Shown one piece after another: positions 49,792-61,619 of a stretch of DNA of 64,000 nt. Under the pieces are notes generated by a model. That model was not told the origin of the DNA. It ran no database searches and saw nothing but the letters and a program-made list of their open reading frames with translations. The stretch's first letter is position 1. Each line of letters starts with the position of its first letter. Source of the stretch: Thalia democratica (lineage: Eukaryota); the NCBI GenBank assembly GCA_965202585.1, contig OZ241826.1, positions 91,636,001 through 91,700,000 on the forward strand. Direction: 5' to 3'. A program made the translations under genes and the position numbers.

Positions 49792-49980
49792 AGATTTTAT
49801 CACCAAGGAGATGAAACGACACGTCTAGCTAACAAAACAAATTATTTACAAAATTGCAAACTTAAATACCGTTTTCTGTGCTAACATCAACGAAACAACA
49901 CTCAAAACAAACGTAAATCACTAAAATGTTACAATAAACATAGTTACAATTTGTACAAAAACATTAATTTTAACAACAGT

Positions 49981-52900
49981 TTAAACAGGTTTGTATGTAC
50001 CGCTTTCGGCATCATAAATCTTTCTCCGGGTTCTTACACGACCGGAACGACGCAGTTCATTTTCTGGAAATACTCCATCGTCATTTAAATTTCTTTCAAA
50101 TACCCTAGATTTATCATTAGGGTCCAAACGAGACAATACACCATTTTTCTGATTTGTAGAGGATTGGCTTTCATCAGTGCAATTTGAGTCCTCAGGTGAA
50201 AGGAAGGTAGCTGGTTTCGCTTTGCAAATTTTGTCAAAGTTATCTCCAGCTTTGAAACGTATTCCTTTATGGGAGCGCACACAATCAAAACTTTCCTTGG
50301 AATCTTTTCTCTCATAGTTGCCAGAAAAAACCAACTTCTGCGTTGGTATGTTTGCTTTTCTAAGATAAGGGATACTATTTTGAGATTTGCAAACAGGAGG
50401 ATTAAATTTTCTTAAAAACTTTCGATTTCGTACAGTTAAGCGACCTGATCCATCAATCTTGACAACATACTGATGATAGTCTTTTAGATCTACTATTACA
50501 CCACTTTTCCCCCACTTATTAGGGAAGTTACCTGCTTGATTCTGTATCATGACATGATCACCGCAATTCAATGGTAGCAACAATCTTGTGTGCTCACTTA
50601 AATTCTCGAGAGACTTAACATAACGAGACCTAAGAGCTTCTTCCTTTTTACTCCATGCGTTACGCCAAATGTTTAAGATCTGCGGGTTATTGTAAGCCAT
50701 GATACTCTTCCTGAGGTAAGGCAAGGAGTCCTTTAAATTTCTTCCAAGAAGGATCTGTGCAGGTGATAGTTTGCATCCTGGATCAGGCGTGTTTCTCTGC
50801 ATAAGTAAAGCTTGTACCATTTTGTCATTATTTAGTTCACCACTTGAACCAACATTCTCCATTAACAATCGCTTAGAAGCCTTTACTGCTAATTCCGCCC
50901 TACCGTTTGACACTGGATGATATGCAGATGACATACGATGGTGTATACCCCATCGTTTCAGAAAATCTTTGGTTACTTTTGCAGAAAACTCTGGACCTCC
51001 ATCAGAAGATATTTCAACTGGAACACCAAAAGTCACAAAAATACGACGCAAAGCTTTACACAGCCCTTTTGAACCAGAATCATTTGTACCCAATTTGATT
51101 CTTTGTTGTTCTGTCCATCCTGAAAGTCTGTCGGCAGCTACAAAATAATACCAACCTTTGAACTGAAAATAATCACAAACAATTGACTCAAAAGGAACCT
51201 TTGGAATCAATGGTTCAATTGGAGGTAGGCGAGGATTGCTTGGTGCAATTAAGTTGCAACTATTGCAATTTTCCCGACAGCCTTGAATGTCATTTGTTAT
51301 TCCCGGCCAATAAACAATCGATTTTGCTCGCTCGTTCATTGCAGTGACTCCTTGATGAGCAGAATGCAACACTCTTAAAACCTCTTTTCTTAATGATGGA
51401 GGAATAACAATTCTATACACATCATCCTTAAGTATACTGCTAGTTGATAGAAACTTATTATGATCAAGTTCTCGTTTACGATCATCACACATAATGACCC
51501 CATCCATCATAAACAAAGAATAGCGAACTATCCAAAACTCATGCAATTCTAATGGTAGGTGGTCTTTGGTCTCTGGAAAACCAACTTGAACATAATGAAT
51601 AAGCTTCATCATTTGTTTATCTTTTAAAGTTTCTTCTTTAACTCGGTCAAAAGTCACAGCTTGAAAATTGTCACCTACTTAATTACTTGCAATGATACAC
51701 TCACTGTCTGGCAAACGTATTCCAGCTAAAATTTCAGAAGCACTTATCTCAACTTCATCTTTTGTTTTATGTACGGTAACCACTGGATGACGTGACATTG
51801 CATCTGGAGCAAGGTGTAGTTTACCAGGTTTATGTAGAATCTTGAATCGCCATAAAAGACTTCTCTGCTTTAACCGGAAAAGGCGGGGGTTTGCAATTTC
51901 ATCAAGTGTTCTGTCTCCAAATAATTTAACCAGTGGTTTGTGATCAGTCAGAACCAACAAATTATCACATCCTTGTGTGAAATACCGTGATTGCTCAAGT
52001 GCCCATACAATTGCAAGGCTTTCTCTCTCTACCGCAGCATAACGTGATTCAGGAGGTCTAAGAAAGCGAGAGCCTGCTAAAACAATACGCCATCCGGTTT
52101 GACAACATCCTGGCACAGCAGACTTACAAGAGCAATGTTTCTGCGACAAAAAGTAACCAATACCAGTTGTAGACCAGTCTGGCTGTATACAAGTGGGCTT
52201 TCCCAAATCAAAAATTTGTATTCCCTTTGTTATAGCTGCAACTATAGCTTCTCTTGATTTGTAGAATGTATCATCTAGCTCATCATTCCAGTAAAATTTA
52301 GTTTTTGGACTTAATAATGGCTTAAACACAATCATCAAATAAGTCAATTGGTTGTAGTGTGAAACTTGGTGCACTAAACCAAACCATGATCGCACATCTG
52401 TTATTGACTTTGGTATAGGAAAATCTCTAATAGCATTTATGAACTTTTCTTGTGGCTTAATTTCAGATTTCGTAATAGTAAAGCCAGCAAAGTCTATTTC
52501 TTTTTGTGCAAATTGAAACTTTTCAGGATTGAGTACAACTCCATTTTTCCCCATTAAATCTAAACAGTCAATCATACGCCACCAATGATCAGCCAACTTC
52601 TCATCCCATAAAACAGTGTCATCAACGCATTTTGTCTTTCTAGGTATATCTATTATGATTTCATCATACCTGCGCGTATATGCATCTCCACTTGCCAAAT
52701 AACCTTGTGGTGCTACTTTGTAGTAGTACCTCCCCCATGGAGTGAGAAATGTTGTGAGATGATGATCTTCTGGACGAAGTTGTACTGAATGAAACCCATT
52801 CCATGCATCGGTCACACTTTTCCAGGTGTTTGCAGGAATTTCACATACTTGAATGAATGGAGGCTTTACATGATGTGTTTCTCGTACACAATACTTATTT

Positions 52901-54756
52901 AAAGGTGAAAGGTCAACAACTCTTCTACAGCTACCATCAGCTTTAGCAACCACAACCATACGATGTACCCAAGTAGACGGAACACCAACTGGAGTCTTAC
53001 CAAGCACACCTAATCGAGTATCCCTATCCAAAGTTTCTTTTACTTCATTTTCCCAATGTTTTGGAATTGGGGAAGCAGTTGATATTGCTTTTGGAATGGC
53101 ATCTGGGTCAATATGAATTTTCAAAGGTGGACCTGTCATTTCTGGAAGCAATTGGTGAGTACATTTATTAAATGTAGATGATGCGTACCTATCTAAAAGC
53201 CATTCTCTCATTTTTTGATTGTTTGCAGGAATGCAAGCAAATGGCAACTCCTTTGGCCTATCAGGGGGAGGAGTTCTAGGTATACAATCACAAGTTTGCA
53301 GTTCTTCATGGACAGTGCAGGATTCAATGGTCGCACCAATACGAGGAAAATCATGATTTATTATGCCAAGTGTTATGCAGGCATTTCTTGAAAGGAAAAA
53401 CCTGTCAGTACATGGGCTTATATATACCATTTCTTTTGCAACATGAACTTTACCTTGTACATCTTTAGCCATTAATTCCATAAATATAGCACCAGTTATT
53501 TTGATCTGTTCTCTGTTGGCCGCTAACATTTTCCTTTTAACTGGTATAAGACTTGACTTCTTAAAACCATGTTTGAGGTAACTATTAAGGTCCCATAAAC
53601 ATGACTGAGCACCCGTATCTGTAACGACATTAATTTTGCAATAATTTTGTCTAGGGCATTTTATATTCATCTGAGTGTATGCTTGTTCATCAATAGAAGC
53701 TTTTAATTGAATTGTTGGGTGTTTCAGTGACACTGATGCTTTCCATCCATTCAAACAATCAAAGACGTAATGATCAAGTTTTACTACATTATCATTAACA
53801 TCAACTGACTGATCAAAATTTTGTGTATATGATCCACCAACTAGAAGTGCATTCGTCTCATCTGCACAATTGTTGTCACCATGATAAACTTTTTTCCTGG
53901 ATTTAATCCAGCATTGCTTACATGTATTACACTCAATATACTTGTTATTTTTCCTGCTCCAAATAAATTTTGTAGATGTTTTACTACATATATTACAAGT
54001 TATTTTACCACTTGGTCGTTTTGTAATTTTCCTAAAGGATTTGTACGAGGAAACTGAGGCAGTAACAGCAGGTTGTGTCATTGCATCTCGTGCCATCTCT
54101 TTTGCCTCAATAAAACTAATTGTCTCATTGACATCTTTCTCGTCTAAACTACCCCATCCTAACACCTCTTTGCGTATATCCTCATCAGCTAAACCGGTTA
54201 CCATGACATCTTTAAGGATAATGTCTGTGAAATCTATCATTTGGTTACAGCCATCCTTTGGGTATTTACATGAGTACGAGCATGTACTAGCTTTTCCCTT
54301 TAAACGGGCAGCAAATGATCTCGTGTTTTCAGTCAAATCCTGTCTTGTACTAAGAAAGTCTGATCGTCGTACAACAACTGAAACAGGAATAACTGCAAGC
54401 TGCTTGATCATCCTTAAAAGCTCTTGCTCACTTAAATTTACTACATCATTATGTCCCTTCAAAATAGCATCGCCTACATCTTCCTCACAGCACTGGTACA
54501 GTTGACGATGCTTTTCTACTTCTGTCATTTCCATACTATCTTTAAAAATAGTCCACTTCTGCAAAAATATGCTCCAACCCTCTTCATTGCAGTCTCTCCC
54601 TATTCGAGGACGGTCCATTTTTGGAGGCTTTGGTTTTGAAGAATTTGCATTAATGTGAACGTTGTTGTGAATGATAAGTAAAGAAGCAGCTACAGAAGCA
54701 TCAACGTCTGGTGTTTCATATGTGCAACACTCAAGAGGGCATTTAATCACAGGCAT
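49981..54756 (-). CDS. Gag-Pol polyprotein, one frame interrupted by a single TAA (51679-51681) between RNase H and integrase
   Basis: ORFs 51679-54756 and 49981-51657 are in the same frame. Protease DTGAQS; RT DAWNGFHSV, QGYLASGDAY, CVDD; RNase H PDWS, ERESLAIVWAL, TDHKPL; integrase HSAHQG..CNSC, VCDYF, SSDGGPEF, SNGRAE; GPY/F-like GDHVMIQ. Confidence 0.93.
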
Positions 54757-54774
54757 TGTAGATTCAATTCAGCA

Positions 54775-54785
54775 AGATTTTATCA
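54775..54785 (-). other. Atypical primer-binding site TGATAAAATCT, complementary to the element's own LTR
   Basis: Abuts the 5' LTR, lacks the TGG that pairs with tRNA CCA, and is the exact complement of LTR 54838-54848. Confidence 0.7.
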
Positions 54786-54889
54786 TAAATAAATATATCT
54801 TTCTTTGTTGAGTTTATTTACAAACTAATTAAAAGAATGATAAAATCTGTACAAGAAAACATAATGAAAGCTAGGTAAATACTTATACA
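54786..54889 (-). repeat. 5' LTR (104 bp)
   Basis: Identical to 49679-49782. Confidence 0.95.
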
Positions 54890-55156
54890 AATACTAATTT
54901 CAATTATTGTTTGGTTAGCTATGAATCATTCATATAAAACTAATATAAACCCATGAAACGAGTTTTTCTTCTAATATATTAGAAGATAACATTTTTGTGG
55001 TAAGAATGAAGCAATTGATTCTAACAAAGTTACAATCAACTTTTTTAAAACTATGATTTCATCACTCAAACCACATGCTTTTAAATTTATTTGTTTATTT
55101 ACAGAAAAAGTAACGACGATAATAGTTTATTAATAAACAAATACTCCTTTTTTTAA

Positions 55157-56115
55157 GTTATATTTAAACTTAACTAGAGTAAACAAAAATTTTATAACAA
55201 AAAAAAACAGAGACAGCTCTAAATATGTATTAATGACTAGGATCATTATATCTAAAATAATTTCAGCATATATTTGTAAAATTAAAAGTTTTAATGAAAA
55301 ATGAAAACTCTCTTGCTGATAATTTTTATTATTAGCATCATATATTGTCATGCACACAAAACAACTTCAAGCAAAGGTAATCTAATTTATTATTTAAAAA
55401 TTTTTATTAGTTTGCCGTTATTTAATCTGTAGCTTCATATAAAGTTAATTGTTAGTTTATTGTGAAAAGTTAGCGAAAAAAAAATAAATTATGAACTAAA
55501 AAACTAAACAATTCAATCTACACTTTGTTTATGTTTTTTTGTTTATATAAGTATTCTTTCTTTTTCGGTATACTAGGAAAATTACAACTATACATTAAAA
55601 CTATGCAAACTTTATACTATGTAACAAGCTAATTACTTCTAATTCTGCCAGGACTATTTCTAAAAGTTTTTAGGACTGATATGTGTGCGTTTTCTTTTTA
55701 ACTTCAGTAATTGTTTACAAACTTTCAATTATTTTTAAACTATAAACTGTAAAAATTCTGTAAAACCTACCAACAAGATTCTTGAAAAACTTCAAGTTTT
55801 TAATTTTTTTTTAAGCATTCAAGTTGTATATATTTAGGTTGATGGTGACTAAAATAAAAATCACTCTACTTGAATAAAAAAGTTTATAAATAAAAAAGGT
55901 AAAATACGTTTTCTAAATAAGATGTTCTGCTTAGTAAACTATGTTAAATTTATTTAGTGCAACCTTTTTGTCAAATGGATTTGTTTTGAGAAGAAAAGTA
56001 AAATTTAGTAATTTAATTTTGTAAGGAAGACAACATTTGTTTTAAGGAACTTTCATTAACAGTTTATAAACATTTATTGTAGTTTGTTTTTATATCTAGC
56101 GTAATATTTACGAGC
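55157..56115 (+). repeat. Copy B of the duplicated segment of about 920 bp
   Basis: Colinear with 48632-49545. Confidence 0.85.
55301..55376 (+). CDS. Putative first coding exon of a secreted protein (signal peptide), copy B
   Basis: MKTLLLIIFIISIIYCHAHKTTSSK followed by G|GTAATC. Same length and frame as copy A, with mostly conservative changes. Confidence 0.4.
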
Positions 56116-57089
56116 ATAAGGTTAATTTTATAGTCAAATTTATTAATTTTTCAAAAAACATAAAACTTTAGTGTCAATTATTTTCCTTATCTTAAAAGCT
56201 ATCTATTTTTTTTTATTTTAGAGAACGCACCTTTGTCTTTAATTTAAAAAAATAAAATTTGGTTTGGGGTAGGAATTATTTCATGGGGTCCCTCCAAAAA
56301 TAAAGGTTTTTTTTATTTTTCATTATTATTGTTTTAGAACCAAAAATTTTTTTTTTCTATTTTTTTTTATTTTCCCTTATTTTGCATCTTATTTAAACTC
56401 TTAAATGTTTATTTTATAAATAATTTTAATATCTTTTACAATTTGGCCCCAAAGCAAAATGATGTATATTACACTATCATTTGCATTGGCCATTTCCTAG
56501 ATAAAAAATTGATAAAAGGAAAAAAATTAATAAGAATGTGAATTACGACAAATTTAACTAAATTATTTTAGTTTAATTAAACTTGTTTGAGTCATATCAA
56601 TAAAAAGCTTCTCAAATAAAATAAATAACATTGCAACCGACATTTACACACTTCATGCTAAAAACATAAATATAAAAAGCATATAAAAAAGTGCTGCTTA
56701 AGAAAACGAACATGTATTAGGCTTTATGTAGGTAGTTAAAGACCAAAATTTTTAGTTAGGCACTGCCAGTTGGGTACTTTGAACATAGTGCAAAAGTGCG
56801 TACCCAAGCGGCAGGTCATTGTGTTTTGCTAAAAATTGTATACTTAGTGACCTACAAATGTACACAGATGCTTTTCTTGTTTATTACGGTAATAACAGTT
56901 TAAGAGTCACTTGTCTAATCTTCGAAATTTTTCGCAACTCGTCTACAAGAGTTTAAGACTACTGCTAAACATTAGCCTTTAAACAAAGTGAAACCAAGTT
57001 TACTGTTTTCCTACCAACAAGACGAATACAACATTTTCACCGCTAGCAGCTCGGTTTATTGCGCAAAAACGCATTTTCGAAAATTCTTC

Positions 57090-59472
57090 TCACTCACACT
57101 CGATTTCCGTCTCGCAAATTCCGTAGATCAGCCTGAAAAAGGCCGAATCCGCACCGCAGTCGATGTCGTTCATTTCGTCTGACAGCGTGTGCACGCAGTT
57201 TTCCTGGTTGCCTGACGGTTCGCCTTTGAAAAATAATAATACATTATTAAATAAAACTGATAAGAATATAGAAAGTTTAAGGCATACAAACAAAGATGAA
57301 ATTTATTGAAAATGATCAAAAAAAATAATAAAACCTGTGGCCCGCTTGAAGTATAATTAGTAAAAATAAGTATAAGTAATAAAATATGTAAAAGATAAAT
57401 TTTATTAAAATAAATGAAAAAACTAATAAAGAACAAAAACAATAATAACCTGGCTTCCACTTAAAGATAAACCCGGTCAAGTCTGCTTGTTGCCCGTTCG
57501 AAGTGTACAACCATTTTCCTTCGGTCTGTTCATCTTTGATGCCCAGCCAAAAAAGTTTGTCCCGGTTGGACTCCACAATTCCTCTTATTTCGCTGAAAAC
57601 CGACAAAAGTGTGTCAACAGTTAAAAATGGTTAAATTGAAAAATTACACAAAACTCAAACATTTCAAGTACGAGTGTGAGAAAAAGTTATTCGGCAGTAT
57701 TATCGCTATTTGTAGTTTTTATTTCCGTGAAAAAAAACCAACTTTTTAGCTAAGTTTAAATCATTTGTTAACACTGCTACAGATTATTACTGTATATATG
57801 TTTTATAAATTAAAACTTTTGAAAGTTAATTTGTTTAAGGCCATGGGGGGGGGGGGGGGCAAAAATTAACTTTGGCTTTAATATGAAAGCTTTAAATACA
57901 AACTACAAGCCGGTTTTTATAGAATTCAAAAATATCATTTAACTTTTAAGATATTTTTTTTTGTAAAAAATTTCCGATACAAACGTATGGACCGCAAATT
58001 TTTCGGAGTCAATTTTCTCTGAAATTTTAAAACTCACTAAAAATCTATCTAATCCTTCATTTTTAAGCATTTGTCTTCAAATTTTCAGGAAATGTTCCTT
58101 ATATTAAAAGAAAAATTGTTACTTATGAATTTCGGAAATTAAAAAAAAATTAAAAATTTATGAAAAAAATTAAAAACAAGTCTTTTTATTCAAAAAATTC
58201 CAAAGTGACGTTTTTTTGTAATTGTATAAAGACTAGACTGCGAAAGTTTAAAGAAGATTGATTAAAAAATGTAGGAGGAGATAGATTTTAAATAAAATAG
58301 TCTTTTTTCGCTGTTTTATTTTTCCCTTCCCATAGGAAACCTGTTAGACGGCTCGACTTTGACTGGTCATATCTCAAAAAATTATTTTTTTTTAACGATA
58401 AAAAGAATCTTGAAGCTTAGAATGAACTCTTTAAAATAAGATCAACTTGTAAAAAACATGGTTATCCTTCCCCTATGGCCTTAAACATTAATGTTGTTTA
58501 ACCATTTTTAAGAAGGAGAATTAAAAAATTTTATATATTATTTTTAGCTCACATATTACACAGCTTACGTCGTAATCAAAATTATATTTAAAACTGTTTC
58601 AAAATGTTCAATTTAACAGCATTTTACATTTAAGACTGTTTATAGTTGTATTGTATTTTTCAAAATATTCTAGTAGTATATGAAATTTAAAACTGTAAGT
58701 TTCCAAAAACGAAAAAACTCTAAATTTCCTTATAAGATGCTGTTTGTTTATTGTAATGATTTTACTTTTGCTAAACTGTGATAACTACTTTTTGTGTTTA
58801 ATATTTTTTAAGGAAAGTATTAAGATCGATTCGTTTTCTGCAAATAATTCACTAATAAAACTACTACAACATGCTATTTTTACCTGTGGTATTTTACTCC
58901 ATCTTTTCCCAAGTTGTTAGACACTATCTGACCTCCAAACGAATCTTCGCATGCTTTTTGACTTTTCGCATAGTTGCCATGATTAGGCGTAATGTCGTAT
59001 TTGTAACAACCTATACATGTATTTTATAAAGCTACAAGTTTATTTTATAGTCTGTTATTTCAGATTTTACTTTTTTTTTTTTACTGTTTTAAATTTGTGA
59101 GTTAATTCATTTCCCAAAAATAATTTTCACCAGCCAACCTTTAAAACAAAAAAACGAGCAATAAAAAACAAATTTACATTTTTTAAATTCACAAAAATTT
59201 ATTTTGAAGGGCTACTTTATACAGCATTGTTTCACGCTATAAGATGCCTTCACCTAAATTTCAGTACTTCTTATCTGAGACTTAGTACTAAAATTTGCTA
59301 ACAAAATTCACGCAAACAGCCAACCAGGTTTTTCTTCTTCTTCGCTACCGCCGCTTAGCACCATGTACGCGGCAATTCCGCCTCCGATCAAAACAACAGC
59401 AGCGATTATTTTGACCCAAAATCCCTTATACCACTCCTCTTCAGAATAATCATCGTCAGAGTAGTCTGACAT
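57090..59472 (-). CDS. Type II transmembrane C-type lectin, four exons, about 183 aa
   Basis: Exons 59472-59325, 59010-58884, 57592-57450 and 57223-57090 join in phase (1, 2, 1). Acidic N-tail MSDYSDDDYSEEEWY; TM IIAAVVLIGGGIAAYMVL; CTLD: CYKY...QKACEDSFGGQIV, FWLGIKDEQTEGKWLY, WKPGEPSGNQENCV, MNDIDC...GICE. Confidence 0.9.
57839..58480. mobile_element. Kolobok-like MITE in lectin intron 2
   Basis: TTAA|GGCCATGGGG ... CCCCTATGGCC|TTAA. A TTAA TSD with GG..CC termini fits Kolobok; piggyBac would begin with CC/YY. Confidence 0.75.
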
Positions 59473-59659
59473 TTTGTAATTTTTTCCCGAAAACTTTCAG
59501 TTTTGCCTTTTTTAACCGAGCTTTAAATATTTTTCGGTGAACTTTGGTTATGACGTAGTTTATCTTCGGTATTTTTTACAAAAATGTTCAGTTTACCAAT
59601 TTCGATGTAAAATTGTTCATTTGAGTTTACACACAAACTTAAAGTCGCTATATTAAAAG

Positions 59660-60010
59660 GAAACGGGTTAATTATGCACGAAGACGTTTTTGTTTGAAGG
59701 GTCCAATAAAATATGCACGAAGGGACACTTTTACGCAAAAGGTAATTTTTGCACGAGAGTAAAAAAATATAAAATAAATAAAAAAGAAAAATGAAATGAA
59801 ATAAAGAACAAGAAAAGAAGTAAAAATATGAGATAATAAAAAATCAGAAAAGAAAAAAAAGTTAACGACCGAGGGTAAGGGTTAGGGGTAACAGTGATAG
59901 AAAAACAAAAATAACAAAAAAATAAAATAAAAAACTTGAAAAAAATGATAGTAAATAAACTAATAAAAAAACAAAAAAGTAAAAAAAAAGTTATTGACCG
60001 AGGGTTAGGA
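59660..60010. mobile_element. Left portion of the 61-591 MITE family
   Basis: GCACGAAGACG, GCACGAAGGGACACTTTT, TTTTGCACGAGAGTAAAAAA and GACCGAGGGTAAGGGTTAGGGG motifs. Confidence 0.55.
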
Positions 60011-61619
60011 GAATGAGTTATAGAAAAAATTATCTATTAAAAGTTATTACAAAACAACAACATAAAAAATTTATATAAGACTTTTATATATCATATAAAA
60101 TAAAATACCTAAAATACCATGCAGTTGTATAGCTAAAAAACAACAAATACAGTTAAAGCAATTTTAAGCTTTTTTGTATTTTTTAATTATTGTTTTTATT
60201 TCTTGTGAGTAAGTTATCTTACCCTTTTTATTTTTCAATCTGTTTTATGTAAAAATTGTGTTTTCTTTTAGGTTAAAATATTAAAAATTAGATTAAAAAT
60301 AATACTCCGATAATAAAAAGTGATGAGTTTACATTTAAAAAGTCTTATTAAGGTACTAATATTCAAGACTATGAATTTTGCTAATAAGGACATGATAGCT
60401 ACAATATACTTTTATATTTTAAGTTTTTATTAACATAACATTCTTTTTTAGTTATTTTAAAAAGGTTCTTAATTTCAAATAACAATGAGATAAAGAAAAG
60501 AAAACTGCAAATTTAAACAAAACTATGTAAATTTTAAGAAGATTTTTTTGTTGACTAATATGATAAGGTGGTCAAACCTTGTTTACTTAGACTACATTCA
60601 TAATTCAAAACTATGTAACTAATTTTAGAAAAAATAACATTAACTAGAAGCTATATAATTAGGATATTTCAGTATTTATTTAAAGTTTATGATTTTAGCT
60701 AATTAGTATCAGTTTTATTATCAGCCTAGACTAAGAAGTTGGATTACAGTTAGCAATTTTTAAAGGTTAAGTTAGTTTTCAAATTAACAAAAAAGGTTAA
60801 ATTCATATATGCTATGTTTTTAAAATAAGTTTATTTCAATAATTTTAAAAATACTATATCAAGAAACTTGAAACAACGTATATTTTAAGTTTTATTAACG
60901 AAATTTTACAAATAATAAGTTAAATTATGTAACAATTTTGTAAATAATTAAGTAAACATCAATGCAAACAACTATTATAAAAATACTTAACCCTTATTAT
61001 CTCATATATCTTATATTTTATTTGTTAAGAAGCTGCATTGCAAAATTTAATCTAACGGAAGCTGCAGTTTTTACTTCAAAATCAAAATCATACAATTTAA
61101 TTTTACAAAAGTTTGCATAATTTAGTGTTGTTTCTATTGACTACGTTAAGTGTTTGATTTTGAAAACAATATAAATTTTTTTGAGCTAAAATGTATTTTT
61201 CTTATACTTATTTCCAATAAAAATTTTATGGGTTTACACAAGTGGCAACATATAAAGAGTCATGGGGGTGTGGAGCAAAATAAATTGCCTTGTATACACT
61301 TATCACTCATACTTCAACATTCCATTTTTGAAGTATTAATATAACTGCATACTTTCATATTAAATTCAATAACATTAGATGTAGTTTAAATTGCTGTGTT
61401 CACGCGTCATTTCAGACGTTTTAGTTTTTGCAGATTCGTAACTTTTTTTTAGCTAGCTACGTCCCTGGTACACGTTTAATAAAATAACGAAAAATAATAA
61501 TATATATATATATATATATATTAATACTTTGTATTACATCATGAATATATTAAAATTGAATTATTAGTTTAACTAAGTACCATTTAACTACAAGACAAAC
61601 AAATTTTTTCATTATAAAC

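Larger units (their letters stand above)
49679..54889 (-). mobile_element. Ty3/Gypsy LTR retrotransposon (Mag-like), near full length, recent insertion
   Basis: Identical 104-bp LTRs 49679-49782 and 54786-54889. TSD AATAC (49674-49678, 54890-54894). PPT GGGGGGAGA abuts the 3' LTR. gag-PR-RT-RH-IN domain order. Confidence 0.97.

Noticed and set aside
53942-54639. Plus-strand ORFs inside the Gypsy element (also 50085-50315, 50907-51098)
   Set aside because: Antisense shadows of gag-pol.
56755-56825. SECIS element that would recode the lectin TGA as selenocysteine
   Set aside because: The minus strand has ATGA before the helix, but the 3' side reads TGCC rather than NGAN, the helix is too long and there is no apical AA.
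57839-58480. piggyBac assignment
   Set aside because: The TTAA TSD fits, but termini are GG..CC, which points to Kolobok.
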